Source: the human T2T-CHM13v2.0 reference genome, Homo sapiens. Taken from it: 64,000 nt of DNA. Shown here one piece after another: positions 27,635 to 40,525 of this stretch (the first letter of the stretch is position 1; the number at the start of each line of letters is the position of its first letter). The stretch lies in the NCBI RefSeq assembly GCF_009914755.1, contig NC_060926.1; one strand, given 5' to 3'. The notes beneath the pieces are model-generated. The model worked only from the letters and a program-made list of their open reading frames with translations, was not told where the DNA came from and ran no database searches. The translations under genes were made by a program, and so were the position numbers.

Positions 27635-27880
27635 ATAAGTGGGAGCTAAAGAATGGCTATTCATAGACAAAGAGGTGGCAACAATAGACACTGGGGACTT
27701 CTAAAAGGGGGATGGAGGGAGGCAAATAGGATTGAAAAACTAAGAATTTGGTACTATACTCAGCATCCGGGTGATGGGATCAATCATACTCAAATCTTGG
27801 CATTATGCAATATACCCAGATGAAAAACCTGGGCTTATACCCCCAGAATCTAAACTAAAATGTAAAATTATGTATTTTAA
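27635..27880 (+). mobile_element. L1PA16-like 3' end
   Basis: ataagtgggagctaaa...ggcaacaatagacactggggac...gcaatatacccag...gaatctaaactaaaa. Confidence 0.85.
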
Positions 27881-28193
27881 AATAACATACGAAAATCTGA
27901 TCATTTTAGTCAATTCCTATGGCAGCCTTAATCTGACTGTTTCTCAGGTATATGGTAACTGTTACAGGGTTGACAAATTTTAGGCTATTTTAATTGGAAA
28001 GGAAGAACATAAGTACAATGATGCATCCATACACTTGAGATTTTAGCATATTCACTGGTCCTTGATTATAAAAATCCTGAAAATGAATTCCTTTGTAGTT
28101 AGTACAATTACAATAAATTTCAATTAACATATGCTTGTGTGAATAAAACTGTATATCTAATTAAATGAATATCTCTTTATGACTATCATCCAA

Positions 28194-28238
<45 letters not shown>

Positions 28239-28266
28239 CATCCATCCATCTATCTATCTATCATCT
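28194..28266. repeat. Compound (TCTA)n/(TCCA)n STR
   Basis: Read directly. Confidence 0.95.
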
Positions 28267-29527
28267 ACCAAGAAAGGGGCTGAATGATGGATTCACTTTC
28301 AATGAGAAATAAAAGCTCAGGAGCATAAGCTGTTTTGTGAACAGACTTTTGTATAAAGAGTGACCTCTTGAAGGAGGTCCCATTGTTCTGGCACTTTGAA
28401 AAATGGAATTTACAATAATAGAAGATATTTAGCATAGCAATTCGGCCTGAAAATAACCAAATAAATTGTGCAATTAAAAACAAAAATTCCAAGCTAGAGG
28501 AGGGCAGTGCTGCCTAGTGAGTTTCATCTAGACTATACTCAGTCAGGGAGAAATGGTACATCCTAAAAGGAAATTGATGTTATTCAGAATTGGAGACAGA
28601 CACCGAGCAACCAAATGAAAAAAAAAAGTGCACATTTCATTTGAGAATTAAAATCATTCTACAGTGGCACAAATTCTTAAAAGACGACTTCACAGCATTA
28701 TTAATGTCTGTAATTAGTTTTAGTACTCAGAAAAAACATATATATTTCTTCTCTTATGTTAAGGCCAAATTGGGTTCAATGAAACATATTTAGATTACAC
28801 AGAAAGACATAGTTCTGGAGAATTAATAAGTGCAATTGATTATGGTGTGGGAAGATTATGAATTGATTTCTCTGGTGCTAAAGTAGACTAACTTGTCACC
28901 TGGCAGGAGTAGTTTGATGTAGCATAGGGATATAGAACAAAGAACCTCTTAAAAGTCTTAAAGTTCTATATTCAAAGATTCTCCCAAAATATATGATTAT
29001 TTTTGTAGTATGTGTTTTAAAAGAATCAATTCTGAAATAATTTGTAACAAAAGAATTTGATGCTTTATCTAAGCTCTTTGATATAAGTAAAGGTAAGAAT
29101 CCCCCAGATTGTCATTTATAATACATGTTATTAAAAATGTTACTTTTTGTCAAATGTTTTCTCAATGGTCCATAAAATTAAGATATAAGTCATAATTGAA
29201 ATGTCCATTAAAAAGCTTTGCTTTAGAGTAATATTATCACTTATATGTCAGCATTAAGCAAAACAAAACGAAACACACTCACAAATATATTTACTACTTT
29301 ATAAAGCATTGCTTATCATTTGATCATTTTTTATTTTGTTTTGTGATTCTGAAAGATTTAGGAAACTATATGTCAATCCCAGGGCAATTTAGTTTCAAAA
29401 AGACTTTGGCATCTACTAAAACATTTTAAGTCTAAACATTGATTATGGATATTTTATCAGCAAGTAAAATTAATAAGCATGTTATAAAAATAAAAATAGC
29501 AAATCTGATTCTTTTCTGTGAATCAAA

Positions 29528-29529
<2 letters not shown>

Positions 29530-29576
<47 letters not shown>
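29530..29576. repeat. (TG)n microsatellite
   Basis: Read directly, ~23 units. Confidence 0.95.
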
Positions 29577-29578
<2 letters not shown>

Positions 29579-29709
29579 ATCTTCATATAACAGGAGTGGG
29601 TTTTACATTCACTACTTCTGAATTGGCGGAATAGTCTTATCTCCATTAGTTTATTTCCAATCTCACCCAAAAGTAGGTGCTGGAGGATTTCACTTCTTAA
29701 CTCCCTATT

Positions 29710-30057
29710 CCAGTGTTCTTACCCAACATATTAGAAATCATAAGGAGGCTTTTAAGATATACTGATGTTTTGTCCCCACTCCCGACCCATTACAACAAAA
29801 TCCTTCTAGCAAAGGGGTGTTGAGTTCTGAGTATTGGTGTTTTTATCTTTTTACCATGTGTGTCTGATGTGCATCCAGGGTTGAGACATATGTGACCGTC
29901 CAGGGCAATTATGGCCTTTGGACACATGCACTGCCATCACGTGGCAGCTTGTTAGAAACACTGAATCTCAGACTGCACTCCAGGCCTATGAAATAAGAAT
30001 TTGCATTTCTACAATATCTTCCCGTAATGCATGCACAATAAGGCTTGAGGAGCACTC
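29710..30057. mobile_element. Two adjacent MER5 (hAT-Charlie) elements, ~29710-29890 and ~29900-30057
   Basis: tctgatgtgcatccagggttgaga; gcttgttagaaacactgaatctcagactgcactccaggcctatgaaataagaatttgcatt. Confidence 0.65.
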
Positions 30058-31499
30058 AATGAGATATGAGCATCTGGGGCATTGCAAAGAAGGGTTTATC
30101 GATTTGGTATAATAAGGCAGAGCTCAACAAGTGTATCAATTCTATTAAATAAGCATGGAGGCATGTAAGGTCCTGGGTAAGATGAAGCTCTCCACATATG
30201 ACAAGGAGAGGGAGTGCAATTTTCTCTCCATTCTGTAGACTATGTGCACTGTGGACATGAGGGCCTCTCATGCAGTCTCATCAGGATATTAAAAATAGTT
30301 TTTGCTCTGGCAGAGACTGACCAACTGCTGGAGGTCAACTTTGCACACCTTTATGTGCACATCCTGGGAGATGAGCACCGCTCAGCCCTCCTGAAGTAAG
30401 CCCGTTTCTCACTGACAGCGCTAGAAACCCCAGTGGAGACTACCTGGTCCGGATCATCTGAATCTTTCCCCAATCTCTTACCCCTTTATTTTTGTCTAAA
30501 TAAATTATGTCTTCCTTCCTCTCAATTTCAGCCCTTTTAATCTTAAAATCTATTTTTTCCCACAAAATGCGCACCTGTTCTAAACAAAAGCTGTGGTTTT
30601 CAAACCATTGTCTCTATTATGAATTTGTAATATTGCTTAGAATCTCAAAAGCAGAATATAGTTTTTTTCCTCTGTGTAATCTTTCAGTAAAGTTTTACAT
30701 TTTCTCTGATTAAATAGATGCCTTAAACTTAATGAAAGCAGGGAGGCACTGAAAATAACTTTGAGAGAACTGGTAGAGCCACATATTACAAATGAATGGA
30801 TATCTCCAGGTAGTTTTAATTTGAATATTAGTTTTTAGACCTTCTATTTCTTTTCAATTGATGCTTTGATGTAAAGAATCTTTATATTTCTTTTTAACTC
30901 TAAGAGACAACAATTTTGTTGATATTATTGACTCAGTGCCTATTTTTCTTTCCCTGTGAGGGAAAGTAAAAACAATATAATTTGGATCAAATTGTTAATA
31001 GTATACATGAATGTTACTTACAGGACTTCATGCACTCACCACTAAAAAAGGATGCATTTTCCTAGCATGTTATCCATGATCTCCAAGAGGTGCTTCCTAA
31101 TAGGCTGATTTCATGATCAGAATTTATTACAGTACATTAGAATGATGTCTTTTTCCTCAGTAGGATGGCAGCTAACTGGTATAGGAAAACCATAATACAT
31201 AATATAGCATATGATTATCTAGTAGTATCTTCTCAAGGTACATATGGCTAAAATCAAATGAGATTTAATTTTACTCTAGCTCAGAGCACACAGATATTCA
31301 GGACCAGCATCATTTCATAATATCATTTGAAATGAAAACCAGTGTTAAGCTGTGTCTACATAAAGAACTATTATTAAAAAATGGCATTTTCTGTCTAAAC
31401 AAAGGCATATGTTTATATAAAATTTGATTTATATTAACAAAGTAAACAGAATAAGTCATGGATCATTTAAGGAACAATAACACTGAGTATACTAGTCAA

Positions 31500-31740
31500 G
31501 GATTATATGGTATTACCAAACACCTCCCAGCCTTCAAATCTGCTGATTTGGGTTGGTTAGAATTTTTCTACATCCAGATACTTAGAGATCCAAGTTTCCT
31601 TGATCTTGAGATGCCACCACAGCATCTCAATGCATGATGTTCAACTGTGCCAAGGTAGAGGAATCAGATTCATCATGCAAGCTTATAAAGGAGAGAGAAA
31701 AATGAATGCCTCTGTTTTCTTATATGAAGGCAGTAAGGAG
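31500..31740 (-). mobile_element. Possible old MLT1 (J/K-like) LTR fragment
   Basis: gagatccaagtttccttgatcttgagatgccacc resembles the MLT1 core; weak match. Confidence 0.3.
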
Positions 31741-31768
31741 AATTCAGTGCTTCTATAAAAAAATCAGA

Positions 31769-31891
31769 GTATAAATCAAAAGTTTACATATATGTAAACT
31801 TGTATAAATCACAAGTTTACGTATATGTAAACTTGTATAAATCACAAGTTTATGTATATGTAAACTTGTATAAATCACAAGTTTACATATG
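31769..31891. repeat. 33-bp minisatellite (~3.7 copies) of palindromic units
   Basis: Unit gtataaatcacaagtttacatatatgtaaactt starts at 31769, 31802, 31835 and 31868. Confidence 0.95.
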
Positions 31892-32986
31892 TGCTTGAAA
31901 GTATGTATATAGATCTAGATATATAGTATATACATGTTACATCTATATATACACACACTTATATATAGAATGTATTTAGGTCGTGCTTATATTCCATTAT
32001 TTTATAACAACTAAGTACCTTCATTCCTTTAATTACTAATATGTATTAGTACCCACTATGGGCCAGGACATAGTTGTTATATCACATAAGTGATTTGATC
32101 ATCGATACATTATTTAAGCATGTCTTACAAAAATAGGCTCAGATCTATAATGCCTAGATGTATTTCTACTTGTATTTGTGTTACAATAACTTATCTGTTG
32201 GAACATATTGTATGAATGGACCATTAGGTTGTTGCTTCTAACATCCTATTTCTTTTTTTGTGTGAATATTTCTGAGGGAACTATTAGAAACATATATAAA
32301 TAGATGCTAAAGAATTACTAGAGTAATTCAACACACTCCTGCTTCAGCAACTCTATTTGAATCTTTTTATATTTGTTGTTTACAACAACTCTGGGTAAAA
32401 TGTAAATTTTCCCACAGGTTCTTAAAATAGATGTGTTTTAAAAAATTCTCAGGAGGAACATAGGAGTTGAATAACAAGAAGTTTTCCTTTTATAAAGCCT
32501 CTTAGAATATTTTTTTCTTGGGGCAATTCAAACAGACTAAATAATTTTGACACAAATAAGAGGTGCTTAAATTGTAATTTTAAAAGAAGTCTTGAAATAG
32601 GTATGTCTCCTCTTGAGAAGAATTGATGTGCATGTAGTATGAAAACTCATTCCCAAAAGATAATTGGAGCATTTTTCTTTCATCTGTGAGGTGATTCTTA
32701 ATAAGCAAAAAGTGTTCTAATTTTAAAAAGGAGGGAAATAAAAAGAAAAATAAAACCCAAGTTAACTCAAAAAGTTAATGGTGGAATGAACTAACAGCAA
32801 ATGGGGCACTTCAGGAATGTTTTCTTCTTTTAAAATATATCTTCTTATAGCTTCTGAAATTAGTATTTATGTACTCTAAAAGCTATAACATAGCTTGTAA
32901 GTGATATCAGCAAGTTCTTAAACACATTACAAAACTTTAAACAATGCAACTTCCTTGGCTTAAGGAGAAAAAGAATAAAAACCGTA

Positions 32987-33310
32987 TGTCTTAGTCCACC
33001 TGCGTTTCCATCAAAACTATCATACACTGAGTGGTTTAAACAACACAAATTTGTTTCTTCACAATTCTGGAGGCTAGAAGTCCAAGAACAAGGTGCCAGT
33101 TTGGTCAGGCTATAGCTTGTAGATGACTGCCTTCTCGCTGTATCCTTGTACAGCAGTGAGAGAAAGAGGAGACAGCAAGCTCTCTGGTGTCTTTTTTTTT
33201 GCACAAGTGCACCAATCCTATCATGAGGGCTCTGCTTTCATGACCTCATCTAAACCTAATTAGCTCTCAAGGCCCCATCTCCAGATAGCATCTCTTGTGT
33301 GGTTAAGATT
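32987..33310 (-). mobile_element. MLT1A-type MaLR LTR
   Basis: tgtcttagtcc...ttctggaggctagaagtccaagaacaaggtgcc...catgacctcatctaaacctaatta. Confidence 0.85.
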
Positions 33311-33314
33311 ACCT

Positions 33315-34700
33315 AACTGGAAATGTCCCTAATTTTGTCATTTCAAGAATGTTAAATAGGCCAGGCATGGTGGCTCATGCCTGTAATCCCAGCACTTTGG
33401 GAGGCCAAGGCAGGAGGGTCGCCTGAGCCCAGAGTTCTAGACCAGCCTGGGTGACATAGCTAGATCTCATCTCTCCTAAAAATACAAAAATTAGCTGGAC
33501 ATAGTGGCAAGGGCTTGTAGTCCAAGCTACTCCAGAGGCTGATGTGGGAGGATCACTTGAGCTGGAAAGGCAGAGGTTGCAGTGGGCCCTGAATGTGCCA
33601 CTGCACTCTAGCCTGGGCAGCAAAGCAATACTCTGCCAAAAAAAAAAAAAAAAACAGAACTCAAATTTAAAAAGAATGTTAAATAAAATTATACAGTACA
33701 TAAGATTTGGGCATTGTCTTTTTTCATTTGGTATAATTTTCTCACAGTTTGTTCAGGTTATCACACGTCAATAATTCCATGTATTTACTACTAAGCAGTA
33801 CGTCATGGTGTCTATGCATAATAGTTTATATAACAAGTAATCCATGGAAAGACATAGGTCATTTTCAACTTTTATTTGTTTTAAATAAAGCTTCTGTAAA
33901 TATTAGTGTACAAGTATTTGTGTAAATGTATGTGTTCATCTCTCCGGGATACTCAGGAATGCAATTATGGGTCATATGGCAGTGGCAAGTTTAGTCATGT
34001 AAAAAACTACCATCCTGTTTTCCAGACTGGCTGTACCATTTTATATTTCTATCAGCAATATAGGAGTAATCTGCTTTCTCTGCATCCTGATCATTATTTG
34101 CTGCTGTCAACGTTTTAATTTAATTTTTATCACTCGTATGTGTATTTAGTGATATCTCATGGTTGATTTAATTTGTGTTTCCCTAATGGCTAACATTATT
34201 GAATACCTTTTTATGTACTTATTTTCCATTGATATGTCCTCTTCAGTAAAATTTCTGTCTAATTCAGTCTGTTGTATAGTCTATATTTCAGTCCTTTATT
34301 TTATATGTGATTTGCAAATATTTTCTCCTGGTCCACAGCTTGTCTTTCCACCTTTTAAATAAGGTATTTTTTAGAGAAAAAAAGTTTTAATTTTGATATA
34401 TCCAATTTGTTAACTCTTTTTTTCTGTGTCATGTTTACTCTCATCAAGTATAAGAATTCCCTGCTCAGCTAGAGATCCTGAAGATAATATCCCTTGTGGT
34501 CTCTAAAAGCTTTGTAGTTTTACATTGTACATTTAAGTCTGTAATACGTTTGAGTTAATTTTTGTATGAGGTGTAAGGTTTAGATGTTTACATTGAGGTT
34601 CAGTTGTTGGTCTATGAATAACCAATTGCTCTAGCACCCTTTGTTGAAACGGTTATTCTTCCTTCATTTAATTACTTTTGACCTTTGTGAAAAAGCAGTA
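33315..34700 (-). mobile_element. L1MC/MD 3' region, interrupted by AluJ
   Basis: Antisense L1M: ttccagactggctgtaccattttatatt, tttacattgtacatttaagtctg. Confidence 0.75.
33359..33655 (+). mobile_element. AluJ, full length
   Basis: Dimeric Alu with J-type left arm; TSD aagaatgttaaata at 33345-33358 and 33672-33685. Confidence 0.92.
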
Positions 34701-34964
34701 GAAGAAATCCAATACTTCTATATGAATCTACCAAAATACATATTGCATCTATTTGTAGAAAACAGCCAAACACTGATGAGAAATATCATAGGAGAATAAA
34801 ATAAGTGAGGAAGATACTTGGTGTTTGTGAATTGAAAGAATCAATATTGTTTAAATGTCAGTTCTTCTCAATTTGCAGAATAGTTTCACCACAATCCCAA
34901 TCCAGATTCCAGCAAGCTACTCTGTAGATGTTGACAATAATTCTAAAGTTTACATGAAAAAAAG

Positions 34965-36240
34965 AAAACAAATAAAATGTAGTACATATACACAATGGAG
35001 TACTATTTAGCCATAAAAAGAGTGAGATGTTGTCATTTTAAACAAAATGGATGGAACTAGAAGACATTATGTTAAGTGAAATAAGACAGGTACAGAAAGA
35101 CAAACTGCACATTCTCACTCATTTGTGGGAGCTAAAAATTAAAACAATCGAACCCATTGAAATAAAGAGTAGAATGATGGTTACCAGAGGCTGGGAAGAG
35201 TAGTGAGGGATAGAGTGGAGATGGCTAATGTATACAAAAACATAGATAGAATGAGTAAGATCCAGTATTTGATAGCACAATAGGATGATTACAGTAAACA
35301 ATACTTTACTGTACATTTTAAAATAAGAAAAACGTATAATTAGAATGTTTATAATGTAAAGAAATGAAGAATGTTTGAGGGGAAGATTACCCCATTTACC
35401 CTGATGTGATTATTACACATTATATGCCTGTGTCAAAACATCTCACATGCACCATGTCACGAGGACATAACTTGTACTTTCTCCAGGGTTTTATGGCACA
35501 GGAAATGACAACAACCAGCAACTCGAGTTAGATGCTTGAATCACATGATTTATTAATTACTATAACCAACTGCCATTTCTCAGCACAGGCAAAAACACAA
35601 TCAAAGGGGGTTATTAAGGGCCAGCCTCACCACGGCAGTTAAAATCATTCAATCCAAGTTCCATTCAACATTCAAGTGTACCCTTGGAGGATCAAACAAC
35701 CTCCAGTCTGTCCATCCTGGTCTTGTCAGATGTCAGAGTGAATGGGCAGAGGGCCTCCACACAGCTAGCTCTTGCCGCTAAGCATGCAGCAAGGGGCATA
35801 GAGATTGATCGGGGATTTGCCACAGACAACTGGTTGTGAAGTCCTTCTTTTCTGTGCTTCATCCTTAAGTGTAGTCCTGAGTCCTTCTTCCTGATTGGTT
35901 ATGCCCGTGGTAATCCCTTGTTGTTTTGATCCATTTGTTTGCCAAAGTCCAAAATCAAAACATTTTGCAATGTCCATGACTGCTTACCAAACTTGTTTAT
36001 CAAAATCCAAAGTCCCAGATACGTTTGGCAACATCTGTGTCAACATCTTTCTATTTTATCTTGTTTTACATGTCCTGACTATTTGATCAACACATGCTTA
36101 CACTTTTATCTTTTTTTACCATGTCTTGACCTTTGCCAAAACATGTTCACAATGTTATTATACCTTATACTCCTAACACACCACAAATATATACGCCTAC
36201 TACATACCCATAAAATCAAAATTTAAAAATAAATTTAAAA
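34965..36240 (+). mobile_element. L1MA2/3 3' end, split by an LTR
   Basis: atttgtgggagctaaaaattaaaacaat...ccccatttaccctgatgtgattattacac; resumes caaatatatacgcctactac after 36183. Confidence 0.85.
35455..36178 (-). mobile_element. Solo LTR, 724 bp, family unassigned (5-bp TSD)
   Basis: TG...CA termini; TSD cacca at 35450-35454 and 36179-36183; aataaa on the minus strand near 35550. Confidence 0.85.
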
Positions 36241-37368
36241 AATTCTCCCTCAAAAACAAAAGAACTGGAATAGCTAAAAAAAAAGAAACAAAAAAAAGCT
36301 TGAGAAGAACAAAATTTAAGGACTCATACTATCCAATTTCAAGACTTACTATAAAGCTACAGAATTAGAAGCTGCAGAATATTAGTAGAAAAGTAGACAC
36401 ATAAATCAATGGAATAGAGATGTAATAGAGACCCCAGACATGAAGCTGAACAAATATAGTCAAGTAGTTTTTAACAAAGTCACAGAAGCAATTCAATGAA
36501 GGAAGGATACTTTTTTTCAATAAATGATGCTAAAGCAATTAGACTTCTGTGTGGAAAAAAAAAGAATCTCGCCTGATCTTATAAATTACACAAAAATTAA
36601 CTTGAAATAGACTGTAGGCTTAAATTTAAAATCCAAAACTAGAAAATTCTAAGAAAAAAATAAACATAAGTAAAAATTGGTGTGATAATGAGTTTGGCAA
36701 TTAGTTGCTGGATTCAACATCAAAAACAAAATTCATGAAAGAAAAAAATAACTGATAGTTTATCAATTTTAAAACTTATCTGGGAATGACATTGTGAAGA
36801 GTATCAATAGACGAGGCCCAATATCAGAGAATATATTTGGGAAACTCATAAGGACATGTATACAAAATAAAGAAGTCCTAAAACTTAACAATAACAAAAC
36901 AAAGCACCCAAGAAAAAACTGGGCAAAAGCTCTGAACAGACACATCACTAGAGAAGAAACACAGGTAGAAATAATCACCATCGTATATCATTAAGACACT
37001 GCAAATTTAAATAAAATTAGATTTTACTACACACCTACTATAATGGTTAAAATCCAAAAAACTGACAATGCTGGTGAGGATGTAAAGCAATAGGAATACT
37101 GCTCATTTGTTGCCCTTGGGAATGCATAATTGTACAGCCACTTTGGAAGGCAGTTTGGCAGATTCTCACAAAGCTAAACATAGTCTCACTATAAAATGTA
37201 GCATTCATGCTCCTAGGTAATTACTCAACTGATTTAAAAACTTATCTCCAAACAAAACTTTGCTTGCAAATGTTTATAACATATAGTTTAGCCATAATTT
37301 CCACAAACCAGAAGTAACCTAGATGTTCTTTATAGGTGAATTCATAAACTATGGCATATCCATCCATG

Positions 37369-37969
37369 TGACAGAGGAGGCAGTTAGAGGCCAGTTATGT
37401 AGATAGAGAGGGAGGGTCTTGGGAGTGGAAAAACACTTTGGGACCACACCTGCATTGCCCATGTAGATAATGGGAAGAAATTTGATTAAGAACTTCCTCT
37501 TATGCCAGGATGTTTGCTCAGAAGGGACTGTCCCAACTTAGGTGCAGGTGAAATAAATCAACCTAAATATCTTTAACTGGACCCAGCTCATTATAATATC
37601 ATTAACATGACATCAGCATGTGGCTTTAGCCCCCCTGTAGGTTTCACTTCTGCACTCATGGGTAATAACCAAGATGTAGACACTATGGCCAGCCCCAGGC
37701 ATGCACAGATGCAACACCCCTAGGAGGGAACTTTACCTTTCCCATTTGGGAAGAACCCACAGAAGACTTCCTTGTTCTTGCTACATGAGAAAAAAAAAAC
37801 AGAACTCAGGCCCATTTCCAGTGACCCACTTCAGGTCTCTGTCTTTGCTGAGAGCTTTCCTTTCGCTTAAGAAATCCTACTCTGCCTTACTCACTCCCCA
37901 GTGTCTACATGCCTCTTCTCAGTAATGGGACAGGAACTTAGACCTAGCTGAACTAAGAAAACTGTAATA
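37369..37969 (+). mobile_element. ERV1 (MER4-group-like) solo LTR
   Basis: tgacagaggaggcagttag...ctgtaata; 4-bp TSD catg at 37365-37368 and 37970-37973. Confidence 0.85.
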
Positions 37970-40525
37970 CATGAAATATTATTAAGTGCTTTAAAAATGA
38001 GTACTCAAGCCACCAAAAGACGTGGATGAATTTTAAATGCAAGATGCCTATCTAAACAGGCTGCATACTATATGATTTCAATTATATGGCATTATGAAAA
38101 AAGGCAAAACTATAGTTACTGTAAACATATTAGTGGTTGTCATGGGTTCAGATGGGGAAGGGCTGGATGAGTGAAGCAGAGGGTATTACTAAGGGTAGTG
38201 AACCTGGTGTTTGTGATGTTGTAATGGTGGATATATATCACTGTGCATTAGTCCAAACTCATAGAGCTTTATAGGATAATGAGTGAACTTTAATGTATAC
38301 AGATGAATGCCAGATTACTTAGGAGGTCACGGGATCATAGGATGGAATGTAGAATATGATGAAAGACATTCATTGTACTACAAATGCTTGAAACAATCTA
38401 CTGAGAATGATGGGGAATAAGATACTGGCCTGCATAATTTTGGAAATGAATAGAGTCTATAAGAATAAAGGCAAATAAATGAATCAATATAAATGAAACC
38501 AATCAGAGATCCAAAATGTTAAGTGTCTCAGGTCAGACACTTAAGAAAATTAGAAGTCATCACTCTCATCTTCACAAGAAAAAAGAGCTAAAAACTTTAA
38601 TGTTTTCAACTTTTCTTAAATCCATCAAAGGCGAGCTGCTGTCCTTCAAATTAGAGACATAGGCAACTATAGAGAATCACAGCTTTTTGGAAAAGAAGCC
38701 CAGGAGCAGGAACCTATTGCTACAGCTAGCTCTGGGATAGGGAAACCTAAACAGTAATCATTGAATTGCTGGCAGCTCAATGTGCACAACTTTGAGACTT
38801 AAGAACTAGAGGGAGAGCCGCCTTGTAGGGGGACCCACATTTTCAGAAGTTTCACCCCCAGAAGTCCCAGCAAATTCTCAGGGCAAAGATCTGAGGAAAT
38901 TCCCTGTCAGGGGAAGAAGAAAAGTAACCATTTAAAAATATAACCAGAGGATTCTGTTCTCTTTAACAAAAGCCCTCCCTCAAGTCACACTATTTTACCA
39001 GAACCTAACCACTGTGGGTTTTACAGGAGCCTGACATGGGGGAATGGGAATACTTAATTCCAGTTCCTTCCTGAGGGGAAAAGCACTAGCAAGAATTTGT
39101 GAAGATCACAGCCCTGGGTCACAGGCTCACTAAAAGCTTGCAATCTAATCATAGGACAATAGAAAACTTTCTCTCCCCCCATACCTTACCACCACATCAA
39201 TAGGACTCCTGCATAATAATAGGCAATTACAATGGAGAGAACTGAAAACTTAAAGCATTATTTAAGAAGGAGGATCTAAAGAAACACAAAGAAAAGAAAA
39301 GAAACAAAAATAATGACAACAGAATAAATTTTAGCCTCTGAAACTTAAAGCTATAGAAAACAGTAAACACGCCTAAATCATCACACCAATTTTTACTTAT
39401 GTTTATTTTTTTCTTAGAAGTTTCTACTTTTGGATTTTAAATTTACACCTACAATCCATTTCAAGTTAAGAATTATATAAGAAAAAAAAAGAGGTCAAAT
39501 ATTAATCACATGAGAAATAAAAGAGGAACCATCACTCCTGAATCTGTGGATATTAAAAGGGATATTATGAGCAACTTTATGCCTACAAATTTGATAATTT
39601 AGATGAAATGGACCAATTTTTTAAAAGAAACAATCTCACAATTTTCAGATTTCACAAAAGAAGAAATATATAAAATAAATATATCTGTACGTCTTAAATA
39701 AATTGATTCAATAACTTTTCAAATCAGAAAGTACTAGGCCCAGATGGACTCACCAGTATATTCCACAAAACATTTAAGGAGGAAATCAGGGCATTGCTTT
39801 ACAATGTCTTCCAGATAATAGAAGCAGAAGGAATACTTCCTGACTCATTGTATTCGGTTAGCATAAACCTAATACTAAATGAGAGAAATATTACAATAAA
39901 GAAAACCATAGACCAATATCCATCATGAACCTAAATGTGAAAAACCTCAACAAAATATTACCAAATAAAATCTAACAATATATAAAAATATTTATATACC
40001 ATGACTTAGTAGGATTCATTCCAAATAGGGAAAACTGAATCAACATTCAAAAATAAGTCAATGTAATCCATTACATCAACAAGCTAAAAAAGAAAAAAAA
40101 TGTTTTATCATATCAATAAGTACAGAAAACATGTTCGATACAACCCAACATTCATTCATTATAAAAAAAACTCAGCAAACTAGGAATAGGGGGAACTTTA
40201 TTAATGTAATAGAGACTGTCTCCAAAAGATAACTACAGCTAACATACTTAATGGTGAGAGGCTAGATGCTTTTCCAAGAGCAGGAACAAAACAAAGATGT
40301 TGCCTCTTACCATTTCTATCAACATCTTACCAGAAGTCTTAGTTAATGCAGCAAGCCAATAAAAGTAATTAAAATTGCATACAGATGGGAAAAGAAGAAA
40401 TGAAAATGTATTTTTTTGCAGATTACATAATTGTCTTTGTGGAAAATCACAAAGATTCAACAACAATGACAAACTCCTAGAACTAATAGGCAATTATAGT
40501 AAGTTTGTAGGCTATAAGGCTAATA

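Noticed and set aside
31769-31891. CRISPR-like array of palindromic repeats
   Set aside because: Linkers are identical 7-mers rather than unique spacers, there are no cas genes, and the context is mammalian.
33375-33774. ORFs of 108 and 76 aa
   Set aside because: Typical Alu antisense and sense translations ([18 protein letters not shown]).
33315-37368. Head-to-head L1M pair read as one twin-primed insertion
   Set aside because: Both arms cover the same ORF2 end and 3'UTR region and are mutually diverged, so they are two independent insertions.
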